A stretch of 64,000 bases of DNA from Spironucleus salmonicida. Its lineage: Eukaryota. This document shows positions 12,571-25,900 of this stretch, in pieces. The notes under the pieces were generated by a model, which ran no database searches, was not told the DNA's origin, and saw only the letters and a list, made by a program, of their open reading frames with translations. The stretch spans positions 1,426,001-1,490,000 of the forward strand of contig NC_090602.1 of the NCBI RefSeq assembly GCF_000497125.1, in the 5' to 3' direction. A program made the position numbers and the translations under genes. Every line of letters starts with the position of its first letter. Position 1 is the stretch's first letter.

Positions 12571-15500
12571 ATGTTTCTAAATGAATATGTTAAATATTCA
12601 AGATAGTCATAAATAAGCCCAGAAAGCCCATAAGGACTCTTTATTTTTATTACAGAATTATTCAGTTTTTAATTACCAACGTAAGTTGTCCCATCTTAGA
12701 CAACACCTTTAACTATATACCTTAAATTTTTCAACAAATTGCATACCTCAAATATCTTGTTTTCATAAAAATATGAATTTACAATAAGGCCTGCAAAAAT
12801 TGTACTTAAACTTCCCATTATGACGGTATTATCATAAAATGATGAGTTGTATATGCAGGTTCATTTGTTATGTGGATAATCTTAATCCATAATTTCAACT
12901 TTTAATTTTCCTATGAAATAAACCAACGATATATCATCTATTTTAACAGGATAATTAGAGGAGTAGGAATTTCATTCAAAAAATGCAAAACTACGGGGTG
13001 TAATTGCATCGCACTAACTATTGTCATATCCGCCAAACTTTATATTTAATTGCAATGAACCGCCTAATTTTTTAATTTAACAAGGTTGGTATAAATTTAA
13101 TATGTCTGATTCCGAACATTGGATTAATGCAACTATGATCAATAAACCAAGAAACAAGCCATTTTATAAAGTAAAGCTACAAGATTATGCAGTTGTATTC
13201 AGCAATTTTAACAGAAGAATTGGATTAGAGTCTCTCCACAATGATATTAAAGATGCAGTAATAGATAGCCTGGTTCAAGCTGTAGAACTAGCGAACGATG
13301 TGAACATTGACAGACAAAGTATTTCGTTCAATATAGACAGATATATACTACAAGTTACTTCCCACACTGGCCTAATGCCATTAACAAAAAAATAATTTTA
13401 GGTCACAAACAAGCCCCATCAAACAAATTTTGACGCAAATGCATACGATTTATTTAGCTCAAAATCGGATGTTTTCACATTTTCTAGTTCATCTAGCCTT
13501 GTTTTTGAATTCGTAGTCTAGCTCTCTATTTTCATAGGTGGTGCATCCTCACAATAAATTATAGAGCCGTTTTAAGATGCTTTAACTTATACAATTTGCT
13601 GGGGAACTTGGAGTCATGACAGTGGATAAAAAGTTAATTTAAACTAGTAAAAACCATTTTCTGAGAATGCTTTGCTCAAAATAGAGGATTTGGATGCATA
13701 AATCCATATTATTATAGAGTCAGAGCCATAATAAAAAGCTGATACGAGCAATCTTATTAATATAGAGTTAGTTCCTCCAGAAATCTATTTCTAGGATAAG
13801 GAAAAGGAGCAAATTTTCAATAATATGATTGAGTTTGATTCGCAAGAATTCAATGAGATCAAGTTTATTGAAAATGCACATGTTTAAATTACTGAAACAA
13901 CTCAAATCTAGCACCTTTAGGCATAAAAACAATATCCAGTTTCAGCAAAACTAAGAGTTTACTCATTCCAGCCGTTGATTTAAAACTATTTTAGGGATAC
14001 AGTAAAAATACGTTTTTTCGCTCGGTCAAGCTAAAATGAGATTCTATAATAAGATTCGAGCTATACAGATATCACATTTTCCAATCAAATAACAATTGAT
14101 TTATTTTCTAATTTCAAAGGTGTAATGACTTCTTTATATGTTTAGTTAATAGATAGAATTGACGGAATTGATTACGTTATTGGATAGTAAAAAATTCCTA
14201 TATCGAATACACAAATTCTTGAAAAATGTAAAGCCGATGCATTTATTTAAGATAGAAATAATTAATTTTCTTAACATGTTTTGGATGAAAATTTCTTTGA
14301 CTTATTGATTTTAGAAGCCGTAGGAGATAGTTATTTTGATTAAGAACCACCTGAAATTGCCGTTCTATAGATTTAAATATAGCTAATCAATAGTTAATAT
14401 GCAAATTATGATAATTTAGAGGACAAGGGAAATATAATGACTTAATAAGAACTTTTCCAAGCAGCTGTCCTAAAAAAACTAGGTGATTATGAAAAATATT
14501 TGGTTTATTAATAAACAATTAAAAATGCATTTTTTACTCCTTAAAGAATGCTCGCTATTAGCAAAATTGGATAAAATTCTATATATCGTCACTATGTAAT
14601 TTAAAATAATTAAGAACTACTTTTGGACATTTTATATGATTTGAAATTAAACCACAAAAATGTATACAAGCTTTCACTAATATCTCCGGATCCATTATAG
14701 GTTTCAGCGGTGAATTTCACTATTTCATTCGAAAAATTAAATTAATTCGAGAATATAGGAAATATTGAGGATTTAAAACTTAAATTTTCATTATCTTCAC
14801 CTAAAAAAGTTTTATTCTCACGTATAAAATTTGTATTTTCTCTGCATTTTAATGATCAAAATTTAGGCCATATTCACGTTGTATTTGATGTAGTAAAACC
14901 TTTAAAAAGTTTCTCCTAAATATCATTTTTAATTGCTTTCCCTTATAAAAATTAATAAACAAAAACAATTATTATACGTCGCTTAGGACCAGATTTTATA
15001 CTAATTTCACCGAATTGTAATGGAATCTTTCTGCCTAATTTAGAAGAAATAAACAGTAAAAAATCAATTTAAAATTATCATATTTATAACTAGAATAATT
15101 TATTGGATATAAACATTAATGTTATGATAAAAGAACAATTTGAATTTATTTTAGTTGAGTTCACTCCTGAAATTTTAAACTAGTTTTAGAAAACTACAAC
15201 AAAATTAGTATTAAAAAGTTAAGACTTTAGTGTTGATTTGAATATATCTTTAATGAATTATTGTGATGTATAATGCGAAACCGGAGATATGTTGTAAATT
15301 CCAAAATTTTCAGAAAAGAAATTGTTCTCTTATCCTCCACATGATTCTGGATCTATTAGAATTTTATCAATTTAAAAGCAATATGTGCGTAGTATTGATC
15401 CAAAATATCTAGTTGATATTATACCCTAGGAATCAACCAAAATTATAAAAAAGTATTTCTTGAAATCTAAAGGAAATGATTTAAAATACTTAATTTATAG

Positions 15501-15702
15501 TGATCATATGGGGGATATTTAAAGTTATTCAGAATTTCCAAGCTTAGTAAGAACCAGAAAATGTCGTATTTCAGACGAAGGGTGGATGATACCTATTCAG
15601 ATAAATATGGCATGTTCAAATCATCGATAGTCATTGCGAATATATGTTGTTTCTTAATCTATGTTTATGGGATATTTTTTATTGGAGATTTAGTGGGAGT
15701 GA
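12571..15702 (+). CDS. Large beta-rich protein (1043 aa), possibly nephrocystin-4 (NPHP4)-like
   Basis: Long code-6 ORF containing track ORF 13102. C2-like N-terminus, central helical part, and C-terminal Ig/ASH-like strands ending SLRIYVVSQSMFMGYFLLEIQWE*. The ORF is solid; the family is tentative. Confidence 0.6.
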
Positions 15703-15703
15703 A

Positions 15704-16855
15704 TCATTTAAAATACTAAATTAGTTTTTGAATAATTCTATCCTTTTAATTAACAGGATTTTCAAAATATATGATTATTTATTCTATCATATAATCGAAA
15801 AATTTAAAAATTTTTTATGGAACTTCAGCATAAATATCTTTTACCAAAACTACAAATTTAATACTTTTTGTTTTTAGGATACGAATAAGTGATAAGACAA
15901 ATTTATAATCCGAAAACTAGTCTACTATAATAACGTAATTTCTAATATCAGTAGTTATATATTAAACACTTCTAAAATCAAAAATTTTATCTCCAATTAG
16001 CTTTTCAAGCATACAACTTCCTAAAATTCCTACAATTATGTTTGCATAATTATTAATATCAATTCGACTATATTAATAATATTATGCAAGAATTTCTTCC
16101 GGATTAAGTCTAGCACTAGATTTTTACTATATCATGGACCTTATTAAATTGCTATAGAACTGTGGTATAATATGAACAAAATCTTTATTTCCTGTTTACT
16201 TGAATTACATTAAAGCAATTTCTCTTTAATTAGCAAATGGAGCTTCCCCAAATATTAAAAAATAGAGCACACAACCAGCTGCCCAAATATCTACTGAAAA
16301 TGTGTGTTCACCTTCTTACTATTCAGGTGACTAATATTCTCGTGTACCAGACATCTACTAAAGTAATGATTAACTAGAATATTCAGAACAACCAAAGTCT
16401 GCTAGTTTCAATTATAGTCTTTAGTTTTCATAGTTAAAAAGTACATTTGCAGGTTTAATATCTTTATGACAAATTCTAAGCTTGTGTAGATTTGCAAGCG
16501 CATTCATAAGTTAAATCATAATTTCATCGATGAGTGCATAAGTGAAGAGATAATTTTTAGAGTCTTAAAACTATTATAGGATAGTTTCTACGGTTCCAAA
16601 GTTACAGTATTCCATAATTATACAAAAGTAATTATCATACTAAAAATGATTTATTACCTTAACTGCACCATCAAATTAAACATTTTTCTGAAGATTGACT
16701 TCTAAAATAGCATCATTTAAAAAATCCGGAATATGCTCAAATATTTTGATCATTTTCAATGCATAATATTAATTTTCATATAATACTAGGTAAACAGTAC
16801 CAACTGCACCTTACCCTAGCTACTTAATAATTTAATAATTTTACAATGATGTCAT
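15704..16855 (-). CDS. Ser/Thr protein kinase (383 aa)
   Basis: LGQGAVGTVY, YALK, IMEYC, HKDIKPANVL, KLADFG, GTREYQSPE, DIWAAGCVLY. Confidence 0.95.
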
Positions 16856-16924
16856 TTTGATATTAGTTTTAATTTTTCATTATATTAAATATATTATTCG
16901 TAACCTCATTTTTTCTTTCCATTA

Positions 16925-19900
16925 ATGATTTCACGGGCAGGAAAACGATGTTCTTCTCCAGTTACGAAGTTATAAGTTCCATCTATTTTCTAAAAGTAGT
17001 AATTACAAGCTCCAAAACTAATTAAGGGGGGTTATTAACTGAGTTATAACACGAAGAATTTAGGTGATCAAAAATTTGCATTTTCTTCTGAGGAAGGAAT
17101 ATAACTTGTCAGCATAACGGGAGTGTCTTTAAAATTTAATTTAGTCTAAATAATACATTAGAATTTAGTTAAAATAGTTTCAAAAAATTTAATCTATTAG
17201 GTTTGTGAAATGCAATATGAGATTCCTTTATTTTAGTAAGATAACTCGAAACTTACAAGTGTAGATAATTATTATGATATAACTCAATATACTGAAATAT
17301 AACTTGACACTCTTGATGCCAAATAATATTAACCTATAAATCTTAGTGAAGGATGTACTTATTATGAAAATATTGCGTTTAGATTGTCAAATACTTATAG
17401 TAATGTGTTTAACTCAATAGAAATATAAGAAATTTTTAATGGTGCGGTAAATTTATATTTATAATAATCAAGATATGACTGGTATGTGCTAGAAGGTTTT
17501 GAAGAATTATTTACTGTTAGTGTTAAAATAGTATAAGATATAAATTAATACTTATACAAGTGTAAGTTTTACTATGGAGATTTCGATGTTAAAATTATTA
17601 GACCAGAATAAAAAGCGGATATCAGTTAGTTTATTCGATTTCGATAAGAGTATATTCCTTGTTTATAGTTAATGTAAATATTATTCTAATATTATACATT
17701 CTTAATGAATAATGCGTTAAATAATATTTATTATGAGGATTACAATGATTTTTAGTTTATGATAATGCAAAAAGTATTGCTTCTTGATGATTAGCTAAAA
17801 ATTGATGAATATACACGTTTAATTAATAGCTGTAATCTATTAAATATTACTGCATCTTAATAATTTTTACTTTTTAAATAGGTTTATCCTGGATTATGCA
17901 AAATGCTTTATGTAGACCTATTAAGGTAATTTTTTGATATTACTATTACTAAAGCCCATAGAATGTTTACTGTTTAATTTTAAAAATTTATTGCTGAAGA
18001 GAATATATTCATGTTATAAAATCTGGAAGGATTATTAACGCCTCCGTAAATTAATTATATAAGTAATGAGCTTGAAATTTTAATTCCATTTAATAAAGGA
18101 ATATCTTCTAAAGAAGACTTTAATAAATAAATATCATAAACTTCTTCTTCTGTTTAAGAAGATGTACGTAAGAAAAATTTATCTTTATTAACATTTTTAC
18201 GTTAATTGCATTTTATGGAATTTCAGGAAGATCATTATGATAAATTTCCAATTCATATTAATATTTAATTTATTTAGAAAGTTATTGATAACAAAGATTA
18301 TTTAATAACTGAGCCTTCTTTAGATTATGCAGTAGAATAACTAACAATATTTTTAAACAATATTTTGTATATGGTGCAAGATTTTTCATTTTAAGATTTT
18401 TATTCTTATGCTTAAAAGTAGGACATTGATTATTTATAAAGAATAAAGGAAGAAATTAATATTCTTTTTAATAATTTACCTTCTGAATAGCAATCTAATT
18501 TTTCTTATATTACAGATTAAATCTAGTTGATAACATATGAAATAGATATACCAGATTTTAAACTACTAACATATAAAATTCAATCAATATTAAGTATGTC
18601 AGTAGATATCATCATAGATAATTTTTCTTTGGATGACGAGTTAAATCAAATTGATTTATTTTATAAAGATGGATTTTTAAAATAAATTTAAGAACTTACA
18701 ACTAATTTATCTGCTAATACAAAAAGCATTAATTAGTTAATTTCTACAGGTAAAATTTAAGATGTGAATTTAACTGATGTGTATTTTGTTGAATTATACA
18801 ACCAAGTCATTTAAAATAAATAATTTTTACCAGATATAAATTTTACTGATCTATTGGATGTTTTGGAATTTAAGATTAGTGTCAAAAAAGCCTTTACATA
18901 TTTATTCTAGGACAACTTATTTTATTATTGTTTTAATATTGATACTGGATAATTGGATAGTTTCTTTAGTAAATTTGAGAAATAGTGCTACTCAATTGCA
19001 TAATCAAAAATGCTTTAAATAATGCTAGATTTTTCGTAGTCAATAATTGATAATATGCGTATATTCTTATAGCTTTTTATGTACTTTGAAACTAAGCCAT
19101 TACATTTCCATAAAATATTCGATATTCAAAATATTTTCACTAAACACTAATTCAAAGTATTTTATCATCGAATTTTTGATTGGTTCTTTAATTTTTTATA
19201 AAAAGTTGTATCTACATTTGGATCAGAAATACCTTCGTTATAGTAAATTGAAAAAACTTATCTTTTTATGAAGGAACTAAATGATATAGAAGCTTCTTAT
19301 GGGAATAAGATATAAGATGAAGATTATCCAGATAACTTTTAATACTATAAGTTAGCAGAAGTAGGTTAAATCTTAAATAAAAAAGTATAATAATATTTTT
19401 CTTTACTAAATGAAATAGAAATGGATGAAATTGATAAAGTATTCTTAGTAATTGTTGCAACGCATAAAATTGGTTGCGTTGTTCTTACAAAACTTAATGT
19501 AATCCATTTGAGATCATAAGCATATTTACACTATTTACAAAGTATTAATCTTTCAATTATTAGTTTATCATCGAAAGTTACAATTTTAGTATAAAATATT
19601 TTATTTACCGGAGAACTCGATAAAGTAGACATATATATAGACCTTGGAATTGAATTTGAGTAATTAGACTATGATGTCGAAAATAAGTTTGAAATTGATT
19701 TTTTCACAGAGATTTAAAAACATTCAAAATTAGTACTTCACACAGATAATTTTAACTAATCATAGGAGAAAAATATACTTGATGATCATTTGATGAAACA
19801 TTTATTAAATGATAAGAATAAAAAAGATGAAATGGTATTTTTAATTTATTTAAGAAAAATTATCTTTATTATAAAAGAAATATTATAGCTATCATTTATA

Positions 19901-22900
19901 AAAGATTAATGGTATAGTTGTTTTTCAATTATTTAGAAGAATGATTTTAGTAATGATTAATCTTTCTTAGGAACAATAAAATACTATTATGAAAATCTGA
20001 CATTAGTTTATACAACAATGATATTCGCGTATCTTAATAATGCATTATTACTAAAGTAAAAAGATGTACCTATACGATTTATGAAAATTGATTGTCTTAG
20101 ATCTATATCAATGAAATTTTTGCTTTCTATTCAAAACTTGAGATTAAATTGGAGTTAGTTTTAAAATTTTTTATTTAGTTAGTCGATTAATTTTACAGAG
20201 TCATATATTAAAATGATTGAAAATATTGCTGGATCTTAGTTAAATAATATTAAATATATTTAAATGTTTTAATCTATTTTTGATAAAAATATAAAACCCA
20301 CTTAAATTAAAAACTTAACAACGTAGTTTGGTATTAGTGCTGCATAAAGTTTAGCACTATCTGGACAAGATATTATCGGATCATATATATAGTATTAAAA
20401 TAAATTATTTGATTATTGTCTTCATGTTAATAAGTAATTAGTGCATACAAAATCAGTATTTGGTTTGTTATCATAAATTTATGTTGGCTTATAATAATTT
20501 GAGGTAGATTTTAAATAAAATGGTGATATTTGTATTATATAATTCTTAAGTTATAATTAGATTAGTTTTCTTTAAAAAAATAAGCTAGTAGTTCAACATG
20601 TGATAATGTAGTAACATTTGATTAGTGTCAATTTAGTATAGTTTGCTAGAGATATAGAGTCAATAATTTATATTATGCTTGATATTTTTTATGGTATTAA
20701 TATATTATAATTGTTAACAACTGATTTAGATTTAATTAGAACAAGAGGTAACATATTATAATTCAATATTTCACATATAGAAGATGATATCCATTAATAA
20801 GCCATAAATTAGCTTAAAAAACGATAAACACCTACGTTAAAAAAATTTACGACTGATATTAATAATCAGGATGAGATGACAATCAAATAGTCGGTGCAAT
20901 AAGTAAAAAAGATATTACACGATAGAAAAGAATACAAAGAAAATGAGAAGATTGAGTCTATAAATTTACTAGGTAGTCAAGAAGCTAATACAATTCTTGA
21001 TGCCTGTAAATTTTTGAATTAACTTGCTAAAAAAATTATTAAACAGAAAGCATAATTATTTTCATTAGTCATATATTTTAAAAATGTTAAGGTGGAACAA
21101 TAAAAAGTTTCTTTGAAGGAATTATATAAATTGGTTGTAGAGTTGTACCATGTTAGAGATCGTTTGCTCAAGATACCGTATAAGCACATTTTTGAAAAAA
21201 TATAAAAATAGATGTTATAAAATAATTAAACTGGTTAGGTGGTATAATAATAATACGAAATATTTGACTTAGAAGATTCATATATTTCTAAAAAATAACC
21301 TCTAGAACATTATTATAATAAAATTAAAAAATTCTAAACACACTAAATGTATCTTAAATAACTAGAATTTAATAATTTCGAATAGAATGCATATATTATC
21401 CCACACTAATTAGGTTAGTATTTTGTCTATGCGTTATCATATTCTATTACTCCGTTTATATTAAACTAACATTTTGAGGCTTCATTAATATATTTACTTG
21501 AAAATTAGGCCGTTAATTTATAGATATTTGGAAATCTTACGGGTTTTATTATAACAGATTCACCCATTAGAGGGAGAGTTATTTTGTCATTATAATCTAA
21601 TGATGAAATATTTAGACTAAAAAACCCTATAGTGGTCCCATAAAATTTATATTAGTATGAATACTTGTTAAATTAGTAATACTAATTATCTATAACTTAA
21701 TAAGTATAAGAAGCTAATGCTTAATTAGAAAATCAAAATTTTTAAGTTTTTTTGAATTAATATCCTTATATTATTTAATGGTATTCACTTATGTAATTTC
21801 CATCATTAGACTAACTTAAATCATTTTTATTACAAGAGAACTAAAAATTACCAAAAAATATAGCTATTGCATGTAGATTAAACGATATAATTAATTTCAA
21901 GATAAATTGGTTTGTAAAACCTGTGGGAGACGATAATTTTTTGATGCCTTACAATTTAAAATTGGGATCTTATTGGGGTGGCTCAGTGCAATAAATAGAA
22001 TAATTTTAATTGACAGAAATTTTAATTAGTGCTTTAAATACTATTTTTTAAAGTTTTTATGACAAAGTCCCTGTATTTTTATTTTCTAGATCTGAACCTC
22101 TACCATAATTTGTTAAAGACTATAATATAATCACTAAAACCCTATAAAGAGTACTATAAAGAAGGTTGCAACACATGTATTTAACAGATTAGAATTTTAA
22201 CAATCAGTATTCTGCAATTAAGCGTTATCTGGTAGCAGGAGATATTGTCATAATTATCAACTTTCAATTTTTATCACTAGAGTTTTAAAATCGTATTCAT
22301 GATCTTTTTATCAAATTCACATAATTATAGGGATATTTTGACGAGATATACAAACCGACTATAAATCCAATTACTATACGAAATGCAATTAAATCAGAAA
22401 TTAAAAAACTATTGCATAAATAGTTAGATATTGAAGAATAATAAAGTATTACCTAGGATGATATAGTATTGTAGTAACTTTCATATTTGGATGTAAAAGA
22501 CTAACTAGGCTTTCTTATATTTTCAGTTCCTTTAAATGATTATAACATTTAGCAAGATATTTCTAAGCAAAGTTATTTATTTTTTATAAATAAATTTAAA
22601 TCTGTAAGTTAATCATATACTTATAATGTTAATTAAAATCTTTAGGTAGAGTATGAAAAAATTAATGATGTCTTTGCAAATAAATTTTTAAATTTGTAAA
22701 ATATTTTAAAATATTTTAATACTAAAATCTAACTAATAACAGTCAAAGATTACAAAATGGTGACTAGTTTATTAGCAGAGTACAAAAATATTGGTTATGC
22801 TGTTTTATTTTTAGATATTGTTTTCAAGTCATATGTCTGTAGTAATACATAAAAAAGTTAAGGTAAAAATAAGGCATAGTAGATCTTAGGCTTTGATGAA

Positions 22901-25900
22901 TATTCGTTTAGAAGCTCAAAAGTAGTTATTCAGTAACTTAGACTTAAAGGAAAAATTAATGATTAATAAGGTTAGTATTAAGAATTTACCAATGACTTAA
23001 TGCTAATAGCTAATTTATTGATATAAATATTTAATCTTAACAAATAAGAAACTGGTATTATTAATCATATGACAGTTTTATTCTGTAACATTTTAATTAA
23101 GTCTTAAAATGATAATAAATCTAGAAGGCATAACTATTCAAAATACACGAATGATTTCATAAAACCGTATTTAAATAAGTAAGCAAATTAATTTATAAAA
23201 TACTGTTGTCAAAAATTTTAATTGACAATGGGGATTGGTTTAGAAGTTTTTTAATTGATGAATTTATTATAATTTAAGAAGCCCATATTATTATTGACTA
23301 ATAATTTGTATAATATTATTTACATGGCATAAATAATTTAAGATTTATCGAATATTAAAAATGATGTTAGTGTAATTACAGATGTATCAGATTTTAGTAT
23401 TTAACAATTATCTATTAAAAAAATTTATATTATTAATCCTACAAGCTATGAATAATTCGAATTATTTACATAATATTTAAATAGACATGAGGTTTCAAGC
23501 ATTATAAATAGAGTATTTATTATTTGCCCGGCTGTTAAAAAAGATACTTTATGGTAAACTTATTAATTTAGATATTCTTGTTTAGCAGAATTTAGTTAGA
23601 TTTTGCCAATTAATCTTTTTATTTTTTCTAATAAGAAAAAATTCGACATCTTTTAGCTTTAACGTTTTTATATTACTAATATATATGAAGGAATCGATGT
23701 GACACCTAAGAGTTTTTATCGATTAAAACACTTATAAAATTTATTTAAGGGTATTACAACAAATTTATTTAATTTATTTTTAAAGGAATTTAATTTAGGA
23801 AATAAATAAGAAGAGTTTATTCATTTGAGATCCATATTTGATTTCTTTTTGTTAAGGTTTAATATTATGGTAATTATAGAGGAAGATGTTAAATATACAG
23901 AAAGCACTAATAAAATGGAAAATTTTTTCACAAAAATTCAAAATGTTAAAATGAATTCTCAAGAATATAAAGATAGTGTTAATTCAAAAGAAAAAGAGTT
24001 TATTAGTTAGATTGAAACAGTAGATATAAAATATTAAGGATTAGATGCTGAGTATGTTTCATCAGTCAATAAGATTGATATTGAGAATGTACAGTTGTTG
24101 TAATAAATGTAAGGTAATTTTCAGTCGTATGGGATAGGAAATTTATCAGGTTGCTAAATCAAATTTAGCACTAATTTTTTAGAATAATTTATCTAATAAG
24201 AAACTGCTTATGATTCATTTAAATATTTATAAGAGGTAGTGTTCATTAGCCTATGGAATACTTTTAGTTTGTTTGGATAATTTTATATTAAAAATATAGT
24301 TATAGATAAAAAATGGAAATCGATCTACAAAACTTTAGAAGAATATGATCTAGAGAATTACAGGCCTGGAATTGAAAAATACTTCTTACAAAATTACATT
24401 AAGTTAATAGAATATGAAAATGTAGAGAAGTATATTATTTAATTAGAGCAATCTAAGTATTCCACGTTAGCACAAGTTGTTAAAATAGGATATCAGTCTT
24501 TATCTGCAGTAATGCCGAAGTAGTTTTATTATAGATAGTTTTGCTATATTAACTATTTTAATAAAGATGATATAGGTCAGTATAAATGGCTTAGTTATTG
24601 TTTAGGGAAAGGTATATTGAAAAATGTCAATTTGCATAAATTTATAAATATCTAAAAGCAAACTGGACAATCACTTAAAAAGAATACTAATTTTACAATT
24701 TTAAAATAGTAAACATTTGTTGATGGAATGTGGGATATTAATGGACTAGTTAATAATAGTACATAAATAGATGACAATAATATTAATACAGAAGAGTAAT
24801 TATTAGAATTTATGAAATTAGGAAACGTATCATTTAAAGATAAGTAATCAACTGAATAAATATTAGGATTTACAAATAAATAGGTACAGAATAAGTTTAA
24901 AAAAGAATTCAATACAAATTAAATTAACTTATAGCAAGATATTTAACCATTATTTGAAACATGGCAATTTATTTTTTTAGATGATGAACGAATAGCTCTT
25001 TCAACATTAATTGCATGCTGTTTTATGTCACCATCTACGTTTTGTTTAAAAGGCTAGAAGTATAGTGGAAAAACAACATTAATTAAAATTGCTAGTGTTA
25101 TCATTAAAGATTTAATTGATTTTAGTAATTCAATGACCATGAACTTAGATGACGATTCATAGTTTAATTCGCTGGCTTAGGGAATTATAGAAAAATTTGA
25201 ACTAGTTAGTATCTATAAACAGAGTATTATAGATATAAGTGATGATACAATAGACGATATAGGGTTAGATATAGCTAGATATAATTCAATCTAATTCTAT
25301 GAGATTGAATAATATTTACTAAAGAATATTAATGAACTATAATTATCTCATGCTGCTATAAATAAAATATATGAAATAATTACCAATTTTAATCAACTAT
25401 AACAAGTAGAAAAAGTAGATGTAATAGAAAATAAACTTGAAATAATATAATAACTTAGATTTTTAAAATTTACTAGAGGAATCAAATTTCCAGTTTTCGC
25501 ATTTGAATTCAACTAACAACAATTCTCAAGTATTTCCCATAGATTTATGTCGTTTATTAGGGACCATAGAATCATTCTTTCCTAGGTATGGAGTTTAGGG
25601 TTAGAATCTCAAATTGTTAGTGTTATGGGGTAAGTTTAACTTTCGGATTGTTCAGTTATTATAGAGTTAGATGAAAATTAGTCAATAGATTTAGATGTAG
25701 TTGAATTTATTATGCCAAACTTATCAATGTAGTATTTGCGTCGACTATTTAGATAATACGGATAAACTTATAACATTAACATGAATGATGATTGGATTCA
25801 ATCTTTCTACTATGGAATTAACCTAATTCAATCTTCACTTCCGAACGACATATTTAATAATTTTAAATTTATTGAAAGTTTTATGTTTTCTTAAGGTAAT

